Source: Catajapyx aquilonaris (lineage: Eukaryota). Taken from it: DNA of 33,471 bases. The stretch spans positions 1 to 33,471 of the forward strand of contig JYFJ02004266.1 of NCBI GenBank assembly GCA_000934665.2. The letters run 5' to 3'. How positions within the stretch are numbered: the stretch's first letter is position 1; each line of letters opens with the position of its first letter. Positions 1-10,600 of the stretch are shown one piece after another. The notes beneath the pieces are model-generated. The model was not told the origin of the DNA, did not search any database, and worked only from the letters and a program-made list of their open reading frames with translations. The translations under genes were made by a program, and so were the position numbers.

Positions 1-21
1 AGAGCGCGTCCAACACCCGCA

Positions 22-242
22 TGTGACGTCACGGCGGGAGAGCGGTGATGCGCATTCGGACGCGCCAGTTGAGCCGAGGTAGGGTTAAGGAATACGCTCC
101 CAACCGCTTCTGATTGGCCAGGACGCCCAATATGGCCTTGGAGCTCCAACATGGCCGCTCCCTACAAACCGGCCATGTTTCAGCTCCCACATTCTCGGCT
201 TATGATTGGCCAGCCAGCGGAATCCCCACTCTCCTATTGGCT
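22..242. promoter_or_regulatory. GC-rich promoter-like region with CRE/E-box palindrome and three ATTGG (reverse CCAAT) boxes; possibly the intersectin promoter/first non-coding exon
   Basis: GTGACGTCAC palindrome at ~23-32; ATTGG at ~113, ~204 and ~236; possible donor GAG|GTAGGG at 78/79. The link to intersectin is inference. Confidence 0.35.
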
Positions 243-633
243 ATGCGTTCCAACATGTCCGACCCAGAATCGGGCTCACACTGCGCGAAACACTCTAAAA
301 AAAAAATCTCGGGCGGAGTCTCTGTGGAAGGAAAATTGATCGGTTGGGAACGTCCGGGCGAGAAAAGTCTAGCAGCAGCAGCTCCGACAATCGGAAAGTG
401 TTCCATCGCCTCTCCTCTGCCCCTTTGGAAGACCCCGAAGGACAGCAGACCCCGGGGGCCAGCCACACTCGAAGGCTTGACGAAAATAATAATAATAACG
501 GTAATGAGAAAAACCAAGCCATCATTATCACAATTATTTAGGTTGGGTTTAGAAGCCGTGGAAAACTAGGGCTAGACAGCGCCCAGGGAATGTCTCGTGA
601 CCCTGATGCCCATTCGCATGTTCTTGGCCGCAT

Positions 634-1200
634 ACCGTGCAATGGTCTGAAGCATCGGAATGTTCTTAGCCCGAAATGGAACATGCCGTGCAATGTTCTG
701 AAGCATTGGCATGTTCTTGCCCCGGAATGGAACATGCCGTGCAATGGTCTGAAGCATTGGAATGTTCTTGCCCCGGAATGGAACATGCCGTGCAACGTTC
801 TGAAGCATTGGAATGTTCTTGCCCCGGAATGGAACATGCCGTGCAATGTTCTGAAGCATTGGCATGTTCTTGCCCCGGAATGGAACATGCCGTGCAATGG
901 TCTGAAGCATTGGAATGTTCTTGCCCCGGAATGGAACATGCCGTGCAACGTTCTGAAGCATTGGAATGTTCTTGCCCCGGAATGGAACATGCCGTGCAAT
1001 GGTCTGAAGCATTGGAATGTTCTTGCCCCGGAATGGAACATGCCGTGCAACGTTCTGAAGCATTGGCATGTTCTTAACCCAGAATGGAACATGCAGTGCA
1101 ATGTTCTGAAGCATTGGAATGTGCCCCGGAATGGAACATACAGTGTAATGTTCTGAATCATTGGCATGAAATAGAACGTGTGCCACATAATGTTCTGAAG
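634..1200. repeat. 51-bp minisatellite, ~11 copies
   Basis: Unit GCAATGGTCTGAAGCATTGGAATGTTCTTGCCCCGGAATGGAACATGCCGT recurs at 690, 741, 792, 843... and decays at both ends. It explains the repetitive ORFs with a 17-aa period. Confidence 0.95.
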
Positions 1201-1388
1201 TAGCAAATAATGTCATATGTGTGTGAAATGTCATGACCAAAATTTTATGCAATGGACTGGAAACGCACATGGTAATATGATGCTTAAGGGGGCGTGTGTT
1301 GTGCCTGGGGAGGATGATGAGGTCATGTTACCCTCGCTTCATGTGTTGTGTGACATTGCCATGATCGTAGGATGCGATTAATTATTAA

Positions 1389-1530
1389 GCAGCATTTACA
1401 TGGCTGAAGTAAACCAAGTAACCTGTATTGTTTGACGCAAAATTCGATTATTACTTTCACCACAAACAATATTGGTTACTTCACAGGGCGAAGCCGTCGC
1501 TTGTCCAAATCGTTCACATGTAAAGGCAGC
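1389..1530. mobile_element. degenerate MITE-like element related to 1809-1947
   Basis: Ends GCATTTACATG / CATGTAAAGGC; right end TCGCTTGTCCAAATCGTTCACATGTAAAGGCA resembles the right end of the 1809-1947 element; shares CCAAGTAACC. Confidence 0.45.
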
Positions 1531-1808
1531 TTATCAATTATGTAACGTTGAACTGGCTATAATATTTCAGGGAGGTTCAACACTGATGGTACTTACGGGC
1601 CGTAAGTTTGTCGCTACCGATTCGTATTCAGATAATTTTGTGTCATTCGATTTGATTGGAATGTCAAGGTTGGGCAAAAGTACCATTCGACATGGTCCAT
1701 TGACATCATCCATTCCCAGCGTAACATAGTTGATGGATGATGATCCCTTAGGATCCTGTCAACCATCCAGGTCTTTTCATACTGCCACAGTGGAATGCCA
1801 ACCTGAAG

Positions 1809-1947
1809 GTGCGTTTGACATGTGAGCAAATTGACGAGCGAAGTGGTCGCCGAGGCTGAGTAACCCAAGTAACCCAAGGCGAAAATAATTGTTAATTTCA
1901 GCCTCAGCGAAGATTTTGCTTGTCAAATCGCTCACGTGTAAACGCAC
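1809..1947. mobile_element. MITE-like inverted-repeat element
   Basis: GTGCGTTTGACATGTGAGCAAATTGACGAGCGAA...GAGGCTGA pairs imperfectly (~50 bp) with TCAGCCTCAGCGAAGATTTTGCTTGTCAAATCGCTCACGTGTAAACGCAC. Confidence 0.65.
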
Positions 1948-2999
1948 ATTGATTTCTCAAACCTAACAATGGACATTGCTGCCTTTTTACATAAGTGCAT
2001 GAAGCAACAAGGTCTTAAAGGCTACGATGTTTTCTAATGAATCTCAATAAACTCTGCGCTCTTTAAGTTTTATTGTCAATAAGCTTGAGAATGTTGCGGT
2101 GTTACTGTTGGAGTTTTGAGATTACTGTATGCCGAAATTTTAGCAGTGTTTTTTTTTTGCTGGACTCAATTGAGGTCCAGGATGTGGCAAGTTAAGCAGG
2201 AAGAAATATCTTGAAGTTAAGAATTAAGTCAGCAAGCATAGGATGGTTTCAGTGACCTCTGCCAAGTGACCTAAATTCCTGGCATGTCACGGTTATTGCC
2301 CATGCTTAACACTGTAGTTGAAAGAGAGGAATTCGTCTTTAAATAATCGACGTTTCTGACATTTCCTACTAAGCTTTGATACAAGTTGTTTCAATGATCA
2401 GTAGTAAGTAAAATGGTTTCAGCTTGAGAATCGCTGCCGTTCAATGCATTCGCAATTATGCAAGCAGCACTTAGTTATTGCAGGAAGACTGCTGTCATGC
2501 GCTTGTCAGATTTTAGTACTCTTGACCTTTGCGTAGGACAAAAGGTAATGAAGCGTATTTGACGGAGCACCTTCTCATCAGGGCTTTGATCCTTCACTCA
2601 TTAGCTGGCTTATCGACCGGATCATGTTCCTTTAGCTGTAAAATAGTCACACCCATGAAACTTGCACATGTGACATTACATATGCATCATTACATAAACA
2701 TGAAAAGGGTATTAATTAAACATTCATAGTGCTTGTTAGCGCTTGAAAAGTCTTAGCCACAAGAGAGAAGATTTTCCTGAAATTCACATTATTTGAAGGT
2801 GGGACTTTGAGAATGTAAAGTTTGACGTTTTATTTTATAGACTGCAATGTAAATTTTAGGCTTCAGGTAAAGGTTTGTTGTACAGCAATTGCACTTTGTA
2901 AATTCCACAAGCTTTGACATATGAATTGTCACTATTTACAGGATGTCAGCTTGAATTACACGTAACCAGGGAGGCCGGAGTAATTAAACGGGTAAAAAT

Positions 3000-4601
3000 A
3001 TGGCAGGAGTGGATCCATGGATGGTGACCCCTCAGGAGAGAGCGCGTCACATAGAGCAATTCCAGTTGCTGAAGCCCATCAGTGGGGTAGTAACCGGCGA
3101 CCAAGCCAAAGGGTTTCTCCTGCAGTCAAAGCTGCCCATGCCTATACTCGGACAGATCTGGTAATTAATCTGTAGATCATATCTGCACGAGATGAATTGC
3201 GGTGGGGATGTGTTCTGATTGCGATTTCTTATTCCAATGCGAAGGGGACTGGCAGATGCAGATTGTGATGGCAAGATGACCATAAATGAATTCAGTGTGG
3301 CTTGCAAGCTAATCAACTTGAAGCTGCGAGGGGTGGAAGTGCCTCCAGTACTGCCTCCTAGTCTAAAGGCAGTCCTGTCAATGCCCGTGCCCGGAGTCAT
3401 GCCAGGTGAGCAAAGAGAAATGTTGCATAGTCGACAGTGCCTTCAAGTGCGTAATTTTCCAGGTGTTCCCCCACCTGCGATGAGCATGGGTGTTTCATCC
3501 GTGGCTCCTCCCCATCCGCCACCGCCTCATCCTCCTCCCCCTCATCACGCCACTGCCCCTCCTCATCCGCCTCCGCCTCACCCTCCGCCGCCTCATCCCA
3601 TGCCTCCAGTGCAGCAGCAGATGCCTCCAGTCGGAATGGTCCAGAGCACCATGGCCTCTGGAGGGATCATGTCTTCCTCCGTGGGGATGATGGGAGGTGG
3701 CATCCCACCCACCAACCTCCCACTCAGCGTGGCTACGTCTGCCTACAACCTTCCCAACGGACCAGTGGTTGCTGCTGGACAAGTCAGGATGCCTATGCCT
3801 CCAATGTCCGCTCCCATGGCTGTGTCCATGGGCATGGTACCGCCAATGTCTATGGCTCCTCCTATGGTGCCTCCCATGTCTGCACATCCTCCCATGTCAG
3901 CTCCTATGGCACCGCCTGCAATTCCTCCGATGGCGCCTCCCATGTCAGCAGCACCCATTCAGGGTCCAATCCCTGGTCATTCTTCGGCAGGAGGCACACC
4001 TGTGTCTGATCCAAGGTCGCAGAGGTCTATGTCACTGGCTAGCGTTGAGTCTGCGTAAGTTCATGCCGTTGTGCTTCAGGATAGGCGGTGATTTTTTGTT
4101 GTCTCTGCTTTTTCAGAGGTTCAATTGGCTCTCCCTTGCAAGAGTGGGCGGTTCCACACCAGTCGAAGCTTAAGTACACCCAGCTCTTCAACCAAAATGA
4201 TCGAAGCAAGGCAGGATACATCTTGGGGCCTCAGGCTAGGAACATCATGGTGCAAACGCAGTTGCCGCAGGGCATACTTGCCCAGATTTGGTAATGACTC
4301 TCCATCAATTAACTAAGCATGCAATTTGTAATACAAATCACAGTAAATTTGTTAATAATAATTGGGCATTGTTTCAGGGGCCTTGCGGACTTGGATTCGG
4401 ATGGTCGCCTGACGTGCGATGAGTTTGTGCTGGCGTTGCACCTGTGCGATATGGCCAAGGCTGGCGACAAGATCCCTCTGACTCTGCCACCAGAGTTGGT
4501 TCCTCCTTCGTTCAGAAGGCAGAGACACGACTCCATCAAATCCGGAAGCCCTGCCTTGTCACAGGGAGGAAGTGATGATCTCTGTAAAGACGATCTACGA
4601 G
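3000..4601 (+). CDS. ITSN1: Intersectin exons for EH1, Pro/Met-rich linker and EH2
   Basis: [29 protein letters not shown] and [17 protein letters not shown]...[27 protein letters not shown] are EH/EF-hand motifs. Confidence 0.95.
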
Positions 4602-7600
4602 GTACGACTCCTCAGTAAACACTTTGCTAACTAGGATTAGAAAAATACTTGTAATTATTTTGTTTGCCGCACCTGTTGTATTAAGATGCGTATTGAGTGG
4701 GCATGGGATGATTTCCCGCCAGGTTCGTTTGAAGACAAGCGTAAAGAGAACTTTGAGAAAGGTCAGGCAGAGCTGGATCGCCGCAGAAAAGCGCTTGCAG
4801 AGCTCCAGAAGGCGGAGCGTGAGGAACGGGAGCGGAAGGAGAGGGAGGAGAACGACAGGCGGGAGCGGGTTCGACTGGAGCAGGAGAGGAGGAGGCAGCA
4901 GGAGCTGGAGAAGCAACTGGAGCGCCAGAGGGAGATAGAGCAGCAGAAGGAAGAGGAGAGGAGGGTGGTCCAGGAGCAGCGGCAGGCTGCCAGGAGAGAG
5001 ATGGAGCGGCAGAGACAGCTGGAGCTGGAGATGCAGAGGAGGCAGGAGCTCATCCAGCAGCAGCAGAGGGAGCAGGAAAAGGTCCTGCAACTCAAGCACA
5101 GCAACCAGAAGCTCACCCTCGAATTGGCCCAGCTGGTGAGTAACTTCTCGCGTAAAATTCAGAAGAAATCATTAAAAATTTGGCATTCCACTGGCAGAAT
5201 GAATTTCGAGCGCCACCGATAACACGCATCAGTAACGATTTACGCCGTACACATTTCCGTGCTTAATAAATTTTGCCTAATAAAAATCCTGTGCACATTA
5301 TTGCAGGTGTGGCACAATGCCATACAAAAGTTTATTATGTAAGTAAACTATTAATTACAATACGGAAAGAGATGGATCTGGTATAGATTAAACGAATTGT
5401 CGTTAGCCATCCTTGCGAGGAATTCACTTAAATTAGTTTTCTGCGATGGAGTAATTTTTTTTTTGTATTGCCATTTAGTGCTTACAGGTTTACTCTGACA
5501 TGAGAATAAAGGTTGCAGACCAAATCATCAGCAACTGCTGCAAGTACCACAAATGCTTTGTATGACGCTACTTACTATATAATTGACGTGACCCCACGCA
5601 GTTTGTGCGACAGATGCATCAAGATATATCCCGTCTGGGGTAAATAGAGCGCCAGCAACTTCGGTTCCGGATTTTACTTTCACTTTGGTGTAGCGGGAGC
5701 CTATTGTGGTCACCTTGATGCTGTTGACATGCGTTCCACTTGAATGTGTCACGTATCTGTTCATACTGGCACCGGTGGTGTATCCACGGGGGAAGTTGAT
5801 GCTCAGCCTGTCGGCTTCATCTGTGGCAGAGATGGCCACTTTCGTGACCCATCCCTTGACATTGATGACAAGCTTTGTGACGTCACCACCTACGCAGAGT
5901 TGCATCACCGAGAGATTCTTCCTTTCGTAAAAGCACTGGTTTTCACAGTCGCCGTCGCACTGAACCCAAAAGTCAGGATTGGCAGTGTCAGGCCTGAAGA
6001 CCTTAGGATCATGAATCACAATGCAGATGTCTTTGACGTTTCCCAGAGAAGAGATGCCAATGTAATCCGCGTCTCCATTAACGATGCACCAGAGATTTTG
6101 GATGTCTCCTCCAACGTTGAAGGTGCCTCTCTGGCCCATTTTTATGCTGATCAGCCAGAGCATGCTCTGGTACAAGATCTTGAGGCTGTTGAAGGGTCAG
6201 GAACAAATTAATACGAGGTCACAAGTATTTACGAAATGAATTATCCGTAGTCGCAATAACATTACTTTGTTCAACTTATTTATTGAGTTACTGCAAGTGA
6301 CTAGTTTTTGTTTTGATACCACAACAAAGGCAAACACGTGCAGAATATTGAGCCAGGTATGTCACAATTGTATAAAAGTGTGGTGTAATGAACATGTGTG
6401 GGCATACACATACCTGCACAACAGAAAAGCGATCGCATGTGAGTCTCAATATATGATATGACGTCTTCCAACACACATTCGTAAATGGAATGCCTATCAA
6501 GTTGTATATTGGATTTGCACAACAAGTTATGTTATCCATGGCAACAAATTTAATTTCCATGCTTTTACAGTAGGCCAGTAAGTTCAATCAGGTTCAATGA
6601 ACAGAAATACATTTGCTTGTCCTTTCAACAGAATGAGAAGGTGAAAGACCTGTCATCCAAGATCAGCGAGACTCGCACAGGCGTGTCAACGGTGAAGTCG
6701 ACAATAGACAAGATGCGTACAACCCGCGACTCAAAGATGCAGCAGTTGAATTCACTCAAAAACCAGCTGAAGGATCAGAACCAGCGCTTGCTTACCCTTG
6801 CGCAGGACAGGGCCAGGATGGACGCCAGGAACAAGGCCAATCCGACCGGAAATCCCAACAGTCCTTCAGCAGTGGCTGCCATTCAGATGCTCAACAACAA
6901 GCAGATTGCCCTCAAGCAGCTCAAGGACAGGCTGCAAGATCTGCAAGGAAGTGTAAGTTGAATCAATTGGCGACATTGCGGATGGGATAGTGAAACATTG
7001 CAAGTGAATCATTCCGTTGCAGATTCAGCAAAAGCAACAGGACATTGAGAACAATAATTGCCAACTCAATGATTTGAAGCAAAACCTGAACAACTTGGTG
7101 GAAGAGTGTCAGTTCGTTTACAAGGACTACGAAGAGAAGAAGAACAAGGTAAGGATTGCAATATTTTGAAAGGGGGAACCTGCTTATCTTATGCTGCGTT
7201 TAAAACTCCAGATATTGGAAATGAAAGGGAAGAAAACGGACTATTCCGCTGCTTGGAATGACAGTGCATGGGATGATGGCTCAGCTGCGGCTTCCGACTG
7301 GCCAGCAGCAGACGCAGGAGCCGGAGCCGCAACTGGCGACTTTGTGAAGTATCGCGCCCTGTACGAGTTCAAGGGTCGAAATCAGGATGAGCTGTCCTTC
7401 CAGCCAGGAGACATCATTCTTGTAAGTACATCCTGCTGACATGTCACTTATTAAGGCAATGACAGAATTTTGATTTTCAATGAGTACTTTTCCTGTTTCA
7501 GGTTCCTTTTGATCAAAACGCAGAACCTGGATGGTTTTCTGGCCAAGTGAGGGGTCTTTCTGGTTGGTTTCCTGAGGCTTACGTTGAAAAGATGAGTGAT

Positions 7601-10600
7601 GCTGCTGATGATGAATCGGCAGAGCAGGTGGACTCATTGCAGGTCAAGAGGCCTCTGGAGTAAGTGTGGCATCAGCTGTCGTTGTATTTGATTCTTGACA
7701 TTAGAAAAGCATTGCTGATGTCGTGGTCATTTTCAGGGGAATTCAAGAAGTGCCTGAGAATGTGAGTGACAATGGATCTTTAGCGGAGGCAGGGGCGGCC
7801 ATCCAGCAGGCAGTTGCTGCTGCTGACTCCCCAGTGTTGGACCAGGTTAGTCAACAGCTGACGTTGGCCGTCACTGACACCGACGAAATGCTAATGTCGT
7901 GCGTATTTCTTCAGAGGGAATCAGTAAGCAGCGAGCAAGTGGAAGCCGTATTTGCATGTCAGGGGAAGAACGACAAGTACCTGACCTTTAATCAAGGAGA
8001 TGTCATAACAATCAAAGAGCAACAGGTTTGCATAAGTGTTATCAAATAATTGCTGTTATTTTACTGAGATCAAATTTAATTGAAGGGCTCCTGGTGGTTT
8101 GGTGAACTAAACGGTGTTGAAGGCTGGCTTCCCAAATCGCATGTGAAGCCAGTGGGAGCTGACGTGGACTATTACGTGGCTCTCTACCCGTACAACTCCG
8201 CTGAACCTGGCGACCTGACATTCCAACAGGGCGAGGTAGTGGTGGTGGTCAAGAAGGACGGAGATTGGTGGACAGGGACCGTCGGAGACAAGACTGGCAT
8301 CTTTCCATCAAATTACGTACAGAAGGCTGCAAGCCAGGTTAGCACAATTCCGCTTGAAACTTCAGGCTGTGAATTATTAACATTTTACTAACACGTATTA
8401 ACATGGGGTGAACTCCTTGCGAATGAGCTTAATTAATACAAAACTTGGAAGGAAGTGTGCGAACTTTGGCAGCATAAATGAAGTATTTGCGGCATATAAG
8501 ATGCACTTTTCCGCCAAAAAGTGGCTCAAAAAATCGCCCTGCGAAAATACAATAGGAACTTTTTTTCCTGAATATGATCTGCTGAAATGCTTATATGCCG
8601 TCAAAATGTGTAACATTGGTGACATTTTAAGTTTTGCAGTTTTTACTGGGAAATGCGAGTGATTTGCAGCAAAATGCTGTAAATACGTAATTATGAAAGG
8701 ATGATTTTACATTTTATGCTGCCATCGTTGTGCATTTCCGATTGGAGAGAGACGCTAATTTCACCGCATAAACGCATGCACTTTCTCTCTCTCTCTCTCT
8801 CTCTCTTTGCCTGCACTCGGTAGAAGACATCGACTCAGCAGCAAGAGGTTGAAGCAAAGGTAGAATCTGCACCAACTGAAGCTCAGGTGAGGGCTAGAAA
8901 ATTAAAAGCCCATTAAACTGCATGTTGTAACGTTTCGTACAATGTGATTTTTCATTGTGTGTTTCGATATCTAACTGTTTCAAGTTCTCTCTCTTTTCCC
9001 CCCGTCCCCACTGAAACACACCAAAAACTGAACACAACACCTGAGTGTCTTTTTTGTCCCTTCGTTTCTTTCAATTTCCCCTGTCATTGTTCAGCCTGCA
9101 CCAGAGAGTGAGGTGGCTGCGGAGGAGACTGAAGCTCCTCCTCCACAAAAAACGGCACAGGTACAGTCAACCCTTTCCAAAACGAGCAAGTCGAAATTAC
9201 GTAACGACCCTAATTAACACACTGTGAAGAACAAAATTATCTGAGGGTCACTACGAAATTTAGTCTTGCACACAAACACTGCTTGTCATGGTGCTGAATT
9301 CACATCGGACAGTCACACTTATACTGAACAACGCATCAAGAAAATCATAACCTTTCTGGCACCTTTTTTTTCTAATTAAATGTGCGCTTTGCTTCTCTAA
9401 CACACCTAATAACTTCTTTTTTTTTCAATTATTAATATGTATTTTCCTCCATATGCATTCTCATGAAGGCTGAGGAAGAGCTAGATATGAAGGTACAGCA
9501 CTTTTTAAATATGCCACTTGTTATTCATCGTTTTAAATATTGTTACCAGAAATTAATGACAACGATTTGCTTTCGATTTACTGCAGATCATGCTACGTAC
9601 TTGAAGAGCCTGTTGTATCAATATGTAAAGCGCAAAAGCTTTGGCAACATAATTGGTACAACAGGCCTTGCGTATTTTCCCAGGTTTAACGTAGAATTAA
9701 ATTTTTAACCCGACCAACACTGCAACTTCCAGCGAGTGCTAACAAGATGTATTACAAGTTCCCATAGAAATTAACGTCGCTGTGTACTGTACCTAGGATA
9801 TGCATTTTGTGCTTTGTGTGAGCGTATAGTAATGCCGACACTTGTGTTTCTCTTGTGCTGCCTGGATTGTATTGAAGGAATTGCAAGAGATTTACATGCC
9901 ACCCAAATCGCCCAAGGTATTTGTCCGTGGATTGTCTGCTTAACTAGTTGTATAATTAAGATGAAACGTTCTTAATTTTGACAAATTACTGCACCATAAG
10001 TGACACGCTTTTTTTTTAAATTATGAAAATCGGCAATAATACTGCATTTTTTGAATAATATATGATGCGCGATACGGTAAATTGTCAATTATCAAACTAT
10101 TGAAAACATTTGTGTGCGGGATGACAATGGTTGACTCACATTTTCTTGCACATGTCACAGGGAAAAGGCAAGAAGCCGGAGATAGCCACAGTTCTGGCCC
10201 CTTATCAGGCGACCAGCACGGAGCAGCTGAGCCTTCAAAGAGGTCAGCTCATAATGATCAGGAAGAAAACGCAGACTGGCTGGTGGGAAGGAGAGCTTCA
10301 GGTACACCAATCCGTCTTAAATTTACTTGCGCAGTTTTGTAATTTAAAAAAATGCTGGTGCTTTTTCAGGCTAAAGGGAAGAAGAGGCAGGTGGGTTGGT
10401 TCCCGGCTTCGTACGTGAAGCTTATGGGAAGCTCCAGCGCAAGGAGTACTCCGATAAGGGAGATGATGGGAGACAGCAGTGCCACTACGCCTACTCAGCA
10501 ACCTGACGGATCGGGTAAGCTTCTTCCGAGACGCATGCCGAGTATTCACATGGTACATCAAGTTAACGCATCATACTTCCTCTACAGAGCAAGTGGTAGT

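Noticed and set aside
538..1270. Repetitive ORFs (133-232 aa) on both strands; possible CRISPR array
   Set aside because: Products of a 51-bp (multiple of 3) tandem repeat. There are no unique spacers and no cas genes, and the context is eukaryotic.
2943..2954. uORF ATG TCA GCT TGA upstream of the intersectin start
   Set aside because: Only three codons; cannot be distinguished from chance without ribosome profiling or conservation data.
4536..5116. Leu-rich and Ser/Cys-rich minus-strand ORFs
   Set aside because: Antisense shadows of the GAG/CAG-rich coiled-coil exon.
5744..6211. 155-aa plus-strand ORF in the intersectin intron
   Set aside because: Likely the antisense shadow of the longer 5528-6175 minus ORF; no supporting splice or start context.
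7422..7501. Possible equivalent of the vertebrate neuron-specific SH3A micro-exon (VKGEW)
   Set aside because: The intron position appears equivalent (GDIIL|VPFDQ), but the intron is only 80 nt, too short to hold an internal exon.
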